A stretch of DNA of 63,907 bases, filler included, from Octopus bimaculoides (GCF_001194135.2; 6 parts of 6 records of this genome joined end to end with filler, not necessarily neighbours in it); one strand, 5' to 3'. Numbered from the whole stretch's first letter, positions 23,263 to 37,052 are shown. A program made the numbers and translations. Notes: a model not told the origin generated them from the sequence alone.

Positions 23263-24177
23263 CNNNNNNNNNNNNNNNNNNNNNNNNNNNNNNNNNNNNN
23301 NNNNNNNNNNNNNNNNNNNNNNNNNNNNNNNNNNNNNNNNNNNNNNNNNNNNNNNNNNNNNNNNNNNNNNNNNNNNNNNNNNNNNNNNNNNNNNNNNNNN
23401 NNNNNNNNNNNNNNNNNNNNNNNNNNNNNNNNNNNNNNNNNNNNNNNNNNNNNNNNNNNNNNNNNNNNNNNNNNNNNNNNNNNNNNNNNNNNNNNNNNNN
23501 NNNNNNNNNNNNNNNNNNNNNNNNNNNNNNNNNNNNNNNNNNNNNNNNNNNNNNNNNNNNNNNNNNNNNNNNNNNNNNNNNNNNNNNNNNNNNNNNNNNN
23601 NNNNNNNNNNNNNNNNNNNNNNNNNNNNNNNNNNNCTGCTGCAACTGCTGCTGCTGTTGCTGCTGCCTTCGTAATGTGCTTCTTATTCCCCTATTTGTCT
23701 TTCTTCCTCATCATATATTTTTTATCATCCCCCCCCCTTTCCCACTCTTCCTCTTCTGAACCATCTTCTCTCTTAACGTTTTATTGTTGTTGTTGTTGTT
23801 GTTGCTGTTGCTGTTATTTTTGTTATTGTTGTTACGAGACTACGTGCTGAAACTTCGAACTATTTTTTTTACCTTTTTTTTTTATTACTTCGTTTCGTAA
23901 TTCCGGTCTGACAGTGAGTCTGTCAGTCAGTCAGTCTGTCTGTCTGTCTCTGTCTACCCTCTTTCTCTGTCTTACTCTGTCGTCAGCTCATTCAGGCTAC
24001 TGTCATGACAGTCTGTATCATTGAGACTTAGAACTATATATTCCAGGATCTTAAAGGAAATACGACAGTCAGACAAGGCGAGTTCTCTAACATTCGTGGC
24101 TGTTCATATCCCGAACAAATGACATAAAGGCAAGTATTGAGTTTATGTAGATGTGTGTAAGATATGAAGAGTTAAAC

Positions 24178-24327
24178 TAGTGGTTCTCAGCCGGGTTCCA
24201 TATAACCCCTGGGGGTCGATTTAACTCCTGGGGGTCTATATAACCCCTAGCATGTGTATTTTATTGTTAAAATTTATGTGCAATAAACTGGTTATACATA
24301 AAATATATTTTAACAATTATAGGCGTA
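24178..24327 (+). mobile_element. hAT/Charlie-like non-autonomous element, left end
   Basis: tagtggttctcagccggg...ccctgggggtc resembles CAGTGGTTCTCAAC-type termini; runs into a gap. Confidence 0.55.
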
Positions 24328-24848
24328 NNNNNNNNNNNNNNNNNNNNNNNNNNNNNNNNNNNNNNNNNNNNNNNNNNNNNNNNNNNNNNNNNNNNNNNNN
24401 NNNNNNNNNNNNNNNNNNNNNNNNNNNATATGTATATATAAATATTTGTTGATATAAATTTGTAAGTATTTATATCTGTGTAAGTGTGTGTGTGTGTGTG
24501 TGTGTGTATGCGTGTGTGTGTTCGCGTATATCCTTACTGCTTATGTTACTATATCTTTGAATAGAGAATACTTGAGAAAATTATAGAATTTTAATATACA
24601 GAATGTGTATTGCAATAGGATTATGAGCATTGTCTCGTGAATTTATGAATTTGCATATTTGCATCCTTTCATTAATTCTTACACTTATTTTAATTCTCAC
24701 CCCTACACCAATTAAATAAACGTTTAGAAATATACACGCATAAATATATGTAAGTATGTATATATATGTATGTTTCTATCTATCTATATATCTATCTGTG
24801 TGTTTGTCTGTTTGTCTCTATCTCCGTCTCTCTCTCACTCTCTACATA

Positions 24849-24883
<35 letters not shown>

Positions 24884-25602
24884 NNNNNNNNNNNNNNNNN
24901 NNNNNNNNNNNNNNNNNNNNNNNNNNNNNNNNNNNNNNNNNNNNNNNNNNNNNNNNNNNNNNNNNNNNNNNNNNNNNNNNNNNNNNNNNNNNNNNNNNNN
25001 NNNNNNNNNNNNNNNNNNNNNNNNNNNNNNNNNNNNNNNNNNNNNNNNNNNNNNNNNNNNNNNNNNNNNNNNNNNNNNNNNNNNNNNNNNNNNNNNNNNN
25101 NNNNNNNNNNNNNNNNNNNNNNNNNNNNNNNNNNNNNNNNNNNNNNNNNNNNNNNNNNNNNNNNNNNNNNNNNNNNNNNNNNNNNNNNNNNNNNNNNNNN
25201 NNNNNNNNNNNNNNNNNNNNNNNNNNNNNNNNNNNNNNNNNNNNNNNNNNNNNNNNNNNNNNNNNNNNNNNNNNNNNNNNNNNNNNNNNNNNNNNNNNNN
25301 NNNNNNNNNNNNNNNNNNNNNNNNNNNNNNNNNNNNNNNNNNNNNNNNNNNNNNNNNNNNNNNNNNNNNNNNNNNNNNNNNNNNNNNNNNNNNNNNNNNN
25401 NNNNNNNNNNNNNNNNNNNNNNNNNNNNNNNNNNNNNNNNNNNNNNNNNNNNNNNNNNNNNNNNNNNNNNNNNNNNNNNNNNNNNNNNNNNNNNNNNNNN
25501 NNNNNNNNNNNNNNNNNNNNNNNNNNNNNNNNNNNNNNNNNNNNNNNNNNNNNNNNNNNNNNNNNNNNNNNNNNNNNGTGTGTGTATGTGTGTGTGTGTG
25601 TA

Positions 25603-25624
<22 letters not shown>

Positions 25625-25637
<13 letters not shown>

Positions 25638-25735
25638 ATGTGTTTGTGTCTTTGTTTCCTCCCCCCGCCAACATCGCTGCTGGTGTGTTTACGTCCCTGT
25701 AACCTAGCGGTTCGGAAAAAGAGACCGATATATGT
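25625..25735 (+). mobile_element. SINE family B 3' half fragment
   Basis: caacatcgct..ggtgtgtttacgtccctgtaacctagcggttcgg..aagagaccgat. Confidence 0.8.
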
Positions 25736-25859
25736 ATTTATAACATGCGTGCACGTATTTATTTTTTGTATAGAGATAGGTAGGTAGTTTCATATGGATA
25801 TAATATGAATATATATAAATATATAATATTACATAATATTTTTTTTATAAAATTAGAGG

Positions 25860-26222
25860 TGTTCTTGCCGACCGAATGCTTCGTAGCATTTCTTCCGGCT
25901 TCTGAGTTCATATTCTGCCTAGCTTGACTTCACCATTCAGTTTTTAAGATCGATAAAATAAGTACCATTTGAGTATTGGAGTCGATCTAATCGACTTAAG
26001 AAATCCCGCAAAATTTCAGGTTTTGTAAGACGGCGAGTTGGCAGAATCGTTAGCACGCCGAGCGAAATGCTTAACGGTATTTCGTCTGAGTTCAAATTCC
26101 GCCGGTGTCGACTTTGCCTTTTATCATTTCGAGATCGATAAATTAAGTACCAGTTACTTACTGGGGTCTGGTAATCGACTGGTCCCCTCCCCAAAAGTTT
26201 CGGGTCTTGTTCCTGCAGTAGA
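25860..26222 (+). mobile_element. Two tandem SINE family A copies (degenerate ~25860-26015; better preserved 26031-26222)
   Basis: cggcgagttggcagaatcgttagcacgccgagcgaaatgc...gtcgactttgcc...gatcgataaattaagtaccagtt. Confidence 0.85.
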
Positions 26223-26264
26223 TAAAAATTGCTGTTTGTGTATTGATGTATTTATCGTTTTATT

Positions 26265-26415
26265 CTTTTGCTTGTAGCCAATCTGATTGCGGCCATACTG
26301 GGGCACTGCCTTGAAGAATTATAGTCGAATGAATTGACCCTAGTTCTAGTTTTATGTGTTGAACCGCTAAATTACAAAGGGTGTAAACACTCGAACGCTG
26401 ATTGCCAGGTAGCTT
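26265..26415 (-). mobile_element. SINE family B 3' half, degenerate
   Basis: tgcggccatactggggcactgcc...gaaccgctaaattac. Confidence 0.7.
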
Positions 26416-26834
26416 TCATTTACATGTTACTATACTTTAATTTGCCAGTAATGTCTAGACGAATGTATTTGTATCTCTACCATAAACTGAGTAGAAATAG
26501 TAACCGATTATCACTGATTTAGATGCTATAGCATTTACATATCCCAGTTGGTCATACACGTATTTCTAACTTCGTCTAATTAGAAATAGCAGCCAGATGC
26601 CTTCATTTAAACGTTATTGTACTTACATTTACTCGTAATATCTAGAAGGGTGTCCTTGTATTGTTAAACAACTAGCTCTCAAAAGTTGGAAATGGTACTT
26701 TGGTTAAATGTAGTCCTAGATGCTATATGTATGAGGTGAGAAAAAAAAATGAATAGACGGAATGGTCAGATCTGGAAAGTCGCTGATCGTGGTCCTGCGT
26801 TGCAAGGGTTGACTGATAGCTAAACACCAACATT

Positions 26835-26890
<56 letters not shown>

Positions 26891-27018
26891 GGCTTTATAA
26901 TTTCAATTGAGAAAAAATCATAAAGGTTATTTATAAAATGGAATATTTCAGGTTATAAAAACTAATAAATAGACGAGTTGCCCAGATATCAACGGCGGTA
27001 TGTTTCAAACACTACACA

Positions 27019-27063
<45 letters not shown>

Positions 27064-27093
27064 GCACGCACATATATATATATATATAAATAT

Positions 27094-27193
27094 NNNNNNN
27101 NNNNNNNNNNNNNNNNNNNNNNNNNNNNNNNNNNNNNTTAATTAATTAANNNNNNNNNNNNNNNNNNNNNNNNNNNNNNNNNNNNNNNNNNNN
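27094..27193. other. Artificial scaffold-join spacer
   Basis: 44N-TTAATTAATTAA-44N. Confidence 0.95.
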
Positions 27194-27227
<34 letters not shown>

Positions 27228-27443
27228 GCATACATACATGCACACACGCACACATATATATGCATGTATGTTTATACATATTCGAGTAAGTATAACTGTA
27301 CATATGAAATATTTATGTTCGTATATAAGTCGGTATAGATACGGGTGCGTATATACGTACTTGTATGTAACTGCACACACACACACACAATCTTTGTGTC
27401 TCTGCCTGTCTCTCTCTCTCTCCTTTCTATCTCTCTCCTTTCT

Positions 27444-27488
<45 letters not shown>

Positions 27489-27872
27489 TCACACACACAC
27501 ACATACATACATAGATATACACATGCTTCCAAACTGAGAGAACTTATGTGTAATACATGATACACAAATAATTAGGCTGTCGGGTCTTGACAGTTTCGGA
27601 AGACACCCCGCCGCTACTTTTTATTATACAAAGAATTATTATCTAACATCTATTTGAATTTTGTGTTTTTCGCAAATTGACGTATGACGTGGGGTCCAGT
27701 TGAAGGATTGAGGATCTTCAGACAGAGATTCGTGACTACGCCTATAATATATGTACGTATGCATCTATTTATATGTATATGTGTGTATATATGTATATAT
27801 ACATTATATACATTGTATATATATATATATATATATGCATATATGTATATATGTATATATATACATATACAT

Positions 27873-27909
<37 letters not shown>

Positions 27910-28200
27910 CATATAAATTATATATAGATATAGATACATATATAAGTATATATATATACATACACATACACATATATCTATATTGTATTTGTATGCATGT
28001 GTGTGTATGTATATATANNNNNNNNNNNNNNNNNNNNNNNNNNNNNNNNNNNNNNNNNNNNNNNNNNNNNNNNNNNNNNNNNNNNNNNNNNNNNNNNNNN
28101 NNNNNNNNNNNNNNNNNNNNNNNNNNNNNNNNNNNNNNNNNNNNNNNNNNNNNNNNNNNNNATATATATATATATATATGTATGTATATACATATATACG

Positions 28201-28420
28201 TGGCGAGCTAGCTGAACAATTAGCTCGCCAGGCGAAATGATGAGCGGTATTTCATCTGCTGTTACATTCTGAGTTCAAATTTCGCCAACGTCGACTTTGC
28301 TTTTCATCCTTTCGGGGTCGATTAAACAAGTACCAGTTACGCACTGGGGTCGATGTAATCGACTTAATCCCCTTGTTTGTCCCCTCTATGTTTAGCCCCC
28401 TGTGTACAATAAATAAATAA
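28201..28420 (+). mobile_element. SINE family A, near full length
   Basis: ggcgagct...ctgagttcaaatt...gtcgactttgc..ttcatcctttcggggtcgattaaacaagtaccagttacgcactggggtcgatgtaatcgactt. Confidence 0.9.
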
Positions 28421-28490
28421 ATACACACACACATATATATGCGTATATGCCTATATATATATAGAGAGATAGATATATACATATATACAA

Positions 28491-28527
<37 letters not shown>

Positions 28528-28564
28528 CACATACATATAAACATATATTATATAATATATATAC

Positions 28565-28595
<31 letters not shown>

Positions 28596-29505
28596 CTTCT
28601 ACATGTGCGTGCGTATGTGCATTTATATTTTCTCACCTATATGCTCATTCATATTCATTTGTACACACATGCCTACACGTGTACCAGTCCCCATTGCGTG
28701 CTCATGGACACAAAGAGAGCTCTTGGCAATCATCCTACAGTCAGTCAAACATGCGTATACTAATACAGTAACATTGAATATATACAACGTACTGAATCTA
28801 GTTCTCGTAAACTAAATATGACGTCACAGACGGTGTATTGAAGTGAAACTAAAACAGCCTAAAGAGAATTCAATAAAACATTCTTCCCTTCGATTTTCTA
28901 GGAATTAGGTTAAGACTTCAATGAATACTGGTTCGTTTCCATTTGTAGTATATACTAACACGACCGCTATTTAAATTTTCTTTTAATCTTTTTTTTCTTT
29001 TCAAACAATTTTGTTATATTTGATTTCGTTTTAAATTTGTTTCTTTATTCTGCTAAGCCATTGAACTCTTTAACCATCTGAAAAAAAAAAGTCTATTTAA
29101 CGTACATGCTAACAAGCTGGATGGTTTGCAAATGTAGCTAGCACGTCTGTTATATAGATGGAAAGATAGATGGATGGATAGATTCGAGAATAAGTAGTAA
29201 ATTAAATAGATGGATACATAATACATCGACAGACAGTAAGACAGTTACATAGAGAAAGAGAGAGAAGCTTCGGTTGAAACGTAGATTCTTAGACAATTAG
29301 ATACGACTAAATAGAAGAGAAGAGGGAGATTAAAATAAAATGATTAATACATGTAGGTGGGATCATAGTAACAAAGAGAGATCGATACTTATTACTGTAT
29401 TTATGAAATAGCCACAGGCATAACGTTCCGACTAAACATATTTTTTTTTTTACTCCATATACAGCGCCACTGGTACATTGTAGACCATTATAAATCAAAT
29501 TGAAG

Positions 29506-29589
<84 letters not shown>

Positions 29590-29613
29590 CCTATCTACCT
29601 ATCTATCTATCTA

Positions 29614-29678
<65 letters not shown>

Positions 29679-29694
29679 GCCTGTCTGTCTATTT

Positions 29695-29726
<32 letters not shown>
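29506..29726. repeat. (TCTA)n-(TA)n-(TC)n
   Basis: Direct. Confidence 0.95.
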
Positions 29727-29730
<4 letters not shown>

Positions 29731-30010
29731 GCTTTCAGATTTCTTACCTTTGTACCTTTCTGAATACCTGCCTGTTCATTTCCTCTATCACACCCATAAG
29801 TATTATATATGAGCGTGTGTTTGTATTTTTACATATATATATATTTACATACACACGCATACACGCGCGCGCGCACGCGCCTGCATATACATGCTATACA
29901 TGTATATATACAAACATATATATACATATTATATATATTTGTGCTGACACAAAAAGCATAGATAGATAGAGAGAGAAAGAAAGAAAGAATCAAAGAGAAA
30001 TAAGGGAGAA

Positions 30011-30056
<46 letters not shown>

Positions 30057-31399
30057 AAAAGAGAAACAGACAGAGACACAAAAGAAAGACTTTATATTGA
30101 ACTAGCTACTTTTAACATAACTTGATGAATTTCTTGCATATGTCTGTGTATGTAAATACACCCCACCTATANNNNNNNNNNNNNNNNNNNNNNNNNNNNN
30201 NNNNNNNNNNNNNNNNNNNNNNNNNNNNNNNNNNNNNNNNNNNNNNNNNNNNNNNNNNNNNNNNNNNNNNNNNNNNNNNNNNNNNNNNNNNNNNNNNNNN
30301 NNNNNNNNNNNNNNNNNNNNNNNNNNNNNNNNNNNNNNNNNNNNNNNNNNNNNNNNNNNNNNNNNNNNNNNNNNNNNNNNNNNNNNNNNNNNNNNNNNNN
30401 NNNNNNNNNNNNNNNNNNNNNNNNNNNNNNNNNNNNNNNNNNNNNNNNNNNNNNNNNNNNNNNNNNNNNNNNNNNNNNNNNNNNNNNNNNNNNNNNNNNN
30501 NNNNNNNNNNNNNNNNNNNNNNNNNNNNNNNNNNNNNNNNNNNNNNNNNNNNNNNNNNNNNNNNNNNNNNNNNNNNNNNNNNNNNNNNNNNNNNNNNNNN
30601 NNNNNNNNNNNNNNNNNNNNNNNNNNNNNNNNNNNNNNNNNNNNNNNNNNNNNNNNNNNNNNNNNNNNNNNNNNNNNNNNNNNNNNNNNNNNNNNNNNNN
30701 NNNNNNNNNNNNNNNNNNNNNNNNNNNNNNNNNNNNNNNNNNNNNNNNNNNNNNNNNNNNNNNNNNNNNNNNNNNNNNNNNNNNNNNNNNNNNNNNNNNN
30801 NNNNNNNNNNNNNNNNNNNNNNNNNNNNNNNNNNNNNNNNNNNNNNNNNNNNNNNNNNNNNNNNNNNNNNNNNNNNNNNNNNNNNNTATATATATATCAT
30901 CTTTTGTTAAATGGCTGGTTCTGCTCTCAAAATTGTGATGTAATTTTTCACAGATCAAACAGCAGCGTAGAGACTTTTTGTTGGCCTGCTTACCGGTTTT
31001 TGTTGTTGCTTATCTCCAGTCAGCCCTGACCGAGCAAAACTGTCATGAATGCATTCCAGTTGTGACCATCTTGTCAAGATATATAACACTATCTAATTTA
31101 TTTAATTCTTTGTTTTATTTTCAGTGGTAAGGTCTAATTTGAGGAAAATTGGACTGTTATTCCTAGAAAGTCAAATTACAGCATAGTATCGTTAACATTG
31201 GTTTCGCATAGAGATTAGATATGATTAGTGATATAGTTATGTAGGTTAAAGGATCGGTGAGTAGTGTACCCACTGACAAACTTGCGATGGAATCAGATTA
31301 CCGTGCAGAACGTGAGTAGTTGGTACATTGTCATAAATACTGCACCGTATCATGAACACGATATGGAGATTTCTAACTAATTTCATCAACCTTCACAGA

Positions 31400-31630
31400 C
31401 CAGGGAAGCCGCCTCTACAATTTATTTCTGCTTGCTTAAAATAGCATGTCTCAAATACCACCAGGGTACGGTCTAGATAAAGGGGTGACCTTGAACAATG
31501 TAACATAGTCCCAGATTTGCAAGTGGTTTTGTAGGTTCCAACATAGCCGAGGGTTTAATAAGCTTCCCTCGCACTTACGACCTAGTAGTGTCGGCTTCAT
31601 TATGTGAAATTAATTTGCCATAAGCTTTAG
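31400..31630 (-). mobile_element. Possible very old LINE reverse-transcriptase remnant
   Basis: Only DLSKAY..K..SH and RGKL are recognisable (the DxSKAFD.VxH motif); the rest is unreadable. Confidence 0.3.
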
Positions 31631-31845
31631 ACAAGTCTGATGGATCAAGTCTTTAGTAATATATATATATGTGTATGTGTTTGTGTGTGTGTGCGCACGC
31701 GCGTATGAGTGTGCGTGCCTCCGTGTGTGTGTGTGCGTGCCTCCGTGTGTGTGTGCATATATGTATGTATAAATGTATATAAGTATATATATGTATGAGT
31801 GTGTGTAGGGGGAGAGAGAGAGAGAACAAAGTTATTTTATTCCGC

Positions 31846-32322
31846 GGGATTCGTTTAGATCTACTTTTTAAAGACTTAACTGGCTTCGCAGATTTCTCTG
31901 AGTTTCAAAAGTTGAGATGGGAAAACGCGGAGCTATGCCACAACTGCCTTGCTTGTGGCTTTAGTTTTCAAATTTTCTTGTTTTTTTTATAGAGAGAACA
32001 TAGCTCAAATTAGTATCTGTTTTCGATATGATTTGATTGGCCGAGGACGATCATGTGACTGTATTTAAAAACGTTTGTAAATTCTCCTCTACGTACGTTT
32101 TTTTAATGTCATGTGACAATACGTTTGATACTTTAAGTTAATACTTACACGGTTGAGTTAACGTGTCTAGCGACAGTCTCAACCAATCAGGGCTCTCCAA
32201 TGATGTGTGGTATAAGATGATCACATGCTTAATTTTAGAAATTTTTGTAGGTTCCTCGATACGTCCATGCGTTTATATCATGTGGCGACTTTTGTTTGTG
32301 TGCCGAAAATTAAGGCTGATAC
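31846..32322. repeat. Left arm of a long diverged inverted repeat
   Basis: e.g. agaacatagctcaaatt..tctgtttt.gata.gatttgattggccgag and atgtcatgtgacaata.gtttg match the reverse complement of 33794-34237. Confidence 0.88.
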
Positions 32323-32609
32323 TTTTGAGTATCTAGTGACAGTCCCAGACAATCAGAGTTGTCTAAATTTAAATTGTCAAATGGTGGAGTGGACAGTAGT
32401 TGTTTCTATGTAGCTCAGTGGCTGAATGGTTATGATTTGTATCTATGTACGTAGGCATAAAATTTCTTCTCCGCGAAATTTATGCATTAGTGTCATACGA
32501 GCAAAAGTCACGAATGTGTGCAATGTTTAGGTTGTTAACTCTACAACTTCAACACGTCGAGAGGCAGAATGAATTTGTGTGTAAATATTTGTTGGTGTAT
32601 GTACCCAAT

Positions 32610-33790
32610 CAAAGTTTATTCGGTCATGGTTTGTATTTTTGTATGATATGTTTTCTTTGTTTATCCGTACTGGGTCTGTGGTATTGACTGAACAAAAGAA
32701 GACTTGGAATTTGGGAGACTTAATCTTTTGCACTTATAACTACGTGTCCACGCAGTGGGATCTGTCTAGTCATAGCTTCTCGCATACGTTGATGATGAAT
32801 AGTGAGTCTATTTCTGAGACTGTGTTGTTTAGTGTATGTAATCCGCATTACACCCTTTACAATTAATAGCATGTATTAAATTTTTTTGACGAACATTAAG
32901 ACGATTTTTTATGGTAAAAATCTATCCTGATTTAAATTTATATGAGTTGTCTTCAATGAGGCTGATGTGAGGCCCGCAATTAGGGCGGCCACACTTTTTG
33001 TTGCTGGTGTGGCGTATGTAGAGAGTAATTTAGCGCGGGTGTGTAGATTTTTTTTATGGATTTTGATAGTCTTTTGCTTTTGAATATTTTGTGCAATTCG
33101 AGTGCTTGTTTCATTGTTGGGTCTGGTCTTAGTAGTAGAATGTTCTGGTGGATAATTTTGTACGCTTCTATGGTTTAGAGGTTGTATGTTGTATGGAAGG
33201 GTAGAGCAATAGGGGATCTATTGTTTTGGCACGCTCTATTTCATTCTCTATTAACATTGGCGGACATTTTCTTTTAAGTAGTGTCAGTTTTAATTCCTGG
33301 AGTCTTTTATTACGAATTTCAAAGCTTGAAACACTTATGCCAATTCCTGTGGAATATTCGTCTTTGAGCGTTCGGGACAGCATGAGGAGAATAGCAGGCA
33401 CTTTTAGAATCTGTTGGTTTTAATGAATGTCTGTTTCAAAATTTGTGTTTGTTTTGATGATTATAATGTCCAGGAATGGTAACTGAATGTCCCTCTATTT
33501 CATGGTGAAGTTAATACTATTGTTTTAGCTGTTACTTAGGGTTTTGAAATCAATAAACTCAACAAATTTGTGCGTTCATAAAATTATGAACATTTATGGT
33601 AGTCTAAGCCATATTTTAATTTAAAATCATTCATATATCTAGGACCTCATGTATGTCAGGACTAAATTGGCATAAGTCGGAGTGACTTTTGTACCCATCG
33701 CAGTCCCAGATATTTGTTCCTAAATATTGCCATTAAAGACAAAAAATGTTGTTTTCAAAAATGAATTTAAATCCTTCGGTGACAAAGACA
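32610..33790 (-). mobile_element. Penelope-like retroelement, 5'-truncated and decayed (RT C-terminal half + GIY-YIG endonuclease)
   Basis: Broken frames: FENN.F.FNG...QISGTAMGTKVTPTYANL; LPFLDI; KPTDSK..LLFSSC; RLQELKLTLLKRK.PP.LIE.EIERAK; KCGRPNC; KNLIHAINCKGCNADYI...LRNR (GIY-YIG with a Cys-rich linker). Confidence 0.87.
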
Positions 33791-33793
33791 ACC

Positions 33794-34237
33794 GTGTCAG
33801 CCTTAGTTTTGGGCGCAAAAAATATTGCCACATAGAAGGAACCTATAAAAATTTCTAAAGTATAATCATGTGATCATCCACTACCAAGCTTGACAAATTA
33901 AATTTAACTAGCCTTGATTGTTTAGGAATGTCATTAGACATGCTCACTCAACCACGAAAGATTTAACTTACGGCGCCAAACATATTGTCACATGACATGA
34001 AAGAACGGACGTAGCGGCGTACTTATTAAAATTTGTAAACTTAGTCATGTGATCATTCTCGGCCAATCAAATCGTATCCAAAACAGAGATGCAAATTTGA
34101 GCTATGTTCTTCCTATAGAAACAAGAGAATTTTTGAACTCCAATCAAAAGCAAGATAACTTATGTTAACTTTTGAAAATCTGAAAAATCTGTAAATTTGT
34201 TAAGGGTTTAAAAATTTTTTAAATCTAAACGAATTCC
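33794..34237. repeat. Right arm of the long diverged inverted repeat
   Basis: Reverse-complement match to 31846-32322; inner edge abuts RT-coding sequence. Confidence 0.88.
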
Positions 34238-35635
34238 AGTGCATTTTCAGTGAAATCCAAAAGGCAATGAGAAGAAAAACATGACTGTATTTTGACGTAC
34301 TTCCTGAATACTCTACGTAAAATTGTACCATTGTGAAATTGTACCACTACATCTTCACGTTGCCATAATGAATTGCAGATGCAAAATTATTATAACCTCT
34401 TCTCAAAGAGCCACGAGTTAGAACTCTGGGCTAGAGCTTATATTTTACCTAAATACCGAGAATAATATACGAGATTGTTCTGTAATTTGCTTCATGCGAA
34501 TTACAGACCAATTTTACATCTAAACACTGGCTCCCAAGAGGCGCCTTGAGGCTTAGAAAACAATAAGTTCAAATGTAGAGTAGTAATACATTGGAATGTA
34601 TAGTGTTGCAATGATTTCAGTGGTTCCAGTAAATATTACTTACAAAAGAGAACGCTCATAAATAATGATAGGTAGGTGGTACATACTGTTTGAAAATGGT
34701 TTAATAAAAATCATGTAGAGGTTTTGTAGCATTAATTGTCTCGTTAATTCTTAGTTTTAATTGTTTACGCTGTTTATTTAAATCCCTACTGAACTTTTTT
34801 TATTGTGTTGTCCTAAATATCTTTGGGGTTGCATGGAAAATAAGAAAAATTATCATTTGTTCCGTTTCTTTTCGATCTGATTTCCATTGACTCCGGAGTC
34901 GATTTTTCTTTCCATCCTTTCGTTACTGTTAAAATATTGCCATTAAAGACCAAATGAACACGGTGGCGGGTGGCGGAGGGATGGAGTCGATATAATTGAG
35001 TGGTATCTACCCAAAAATTTCAGGTCTTGTGACTATAGTAGAAAGGACTGTTATTAATATTTCTTATTATTTATTTTCTATTGGGCATGTAAAATATGTA
35101 ACGGTTTTGAACAGGATATCAAAAATAAAAACAAAAAAAAAAGCAAAATAAAGAAAATCCTTGGAAAAAACAGTAAGGTAAAACCCATAGATAACAAGTT
35201 AAGTATAGAATATCTGTTTGATTGCTTACACAGCAACAAATAGCAGACAAATACCACCAAAATTTCTGAATTGTCTAAGACTTTGGTAAACTTAGTCCTA
35301 AACACATTACCAAGAAGTAAAGACGACATGGTGACATCAAGAAAGCAATAACGACAAATCTGCCCATTGAAAGCCTTCCTTGGACTAAACAATAACAAAA
35401 ACGCAACTACAGCAACATAAATATAACAACGACATGCACAATTTAGAAGAGATTTTAAACTGGAACAAATGTTGATAAATTGCTTGCTGTGATATGTATG
35501 AGATTTGAAGTCGATCATTGGACAAACTTGCCCAGGCTATGACCTTGGAACTTCATTTCCAGTCTACGCATCATTGAGGGAACGCTCGGACATTCAAAAG
35601 ATTGAAATTTGAAATGAGGAAATGGTTAGTCGTCA

Positions 35636-35677
<42 letters not shown>

Positions 35678-36088
35678 AATAAAACTGAGCCGTCGCTATG
35701 TCGCCACGTCAAACATGTGTAAATCCAACAACGATTAACTAATGCGTGCAATTTCAAAGAAAAAGTTTTCGGGTAGAAAATTTTATCCGTTATGAATTTA
35801 TCCGTTATTGTTCCCATAAACTTAACAATTAATTATAATTCATACATATACATATGTGATGTGTGTGTGTATGTGCGCGCGCGCGCGTCTTAACGATAGA
35901 GAGTGAAAGATTTAGCAGGCAAATCAATATCATACAATACAGACGCCTATATGTCGGTTCAAAATCTCCTAGTGTTTATGATATAATGCGAAGAACTTAA
36001 ATTTAAGCAGATGTACAACAATGACATTTTCATTGTAGCTCGAAAGCATGTACTCAATAATAATAATAATGATAACAACAACAACAAC

Positions 36089-36140
<52 letters not shown>

Positions 36141-36757
36141 ACAATAACACCATTTATATAAAATACGTTAGGTAAAAACCACGTGTTGTGTTATAAAAAA
36201 ACTTCCATTTTCAAATTTTCATTTTGCTATTTTTTTTTTTGTGTGTGTTGTTATATATTTTTCTGAAAAGGAAAAATGCTACGAAAAACAAAAAATCAAA
36301 TTCTTAACAAAACAGAAATTGAGAATATTTGACAGTAAAAATTTAATGATTGTGATAGCGATATTAATGCAATTATATCACGATATATATAGATATACGG
36401 AAAGAAGATNNNNNNNNNNNNNNNNNNNNNNNNNNNNNNNNNNNNNNNNNNNNNNNNNNNNNNNNNNNNNNNNNNNNNNNNNNNNNNNNNNNNNNNNNNN
36501 NNNNNNNNNNNNNNNNNNNNNNNNNNNNNNNNNNNNNNNNNNNNNNNNNNNNNNNNNNNNNNNNNNNNNNNNNNNNNNNNNNNNNNNNNNNNNNNNNNNN
36601 NNNNNNNNNNNNNNNNNNNNNNNNNNNNNNNNNNNNNNNNNNNNNNNNNNNNNNNNNNNNNNNNNNNNNNNNNNNNNNNNNNNNNNNNNNNNNNNNNNNN
36701 NNNNNNNNNNNNNNNNNNNNNNNNNNNNNNNNNNNNNNNNNNNNNNNNNNNNNNNNN

Positions 36758-36789
<32 letters not shown>

Positions 36790-37011
36790 TATGCGTATAT
36801 ATGTGTGTAAATACTCACACACACCCTTTACATAGGTAAATTTGGTATACACATACGAAATATACAGTCGCACACGCTTGAGTACGCATAGGTATACATG
36901 TAATTTTTTTACATATACATGTGTATCTGCTAATGTGTAGATATGTGTATATACATGCTCTCTCTCCCTTCAACCCATTCTCTCTCTTTCTATATATAGG
37001 TATATATATAT

Positions 37012-37052
<41 letters not shown>

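Noticed and set aside
28201-28230. Perfect 10-bp inverted repeat tggcgagcta/tagctcgcca
   Set aside because: It is a variant of the self-complementary SINE A head, not a separate element.
32385-32425. Minus-strand cactgag-ctacata-gaaac...gtc near the PLE 3' region
   Set aside because: The core lacks three bases and stem I does not pair; it cannot be supported without a family consensus.
35078-35600. Faint APE-endonuclease-like residues on the + strand (GDI, PGYDLG)
   Set aside because: Too degenerate to call without an HMM search.
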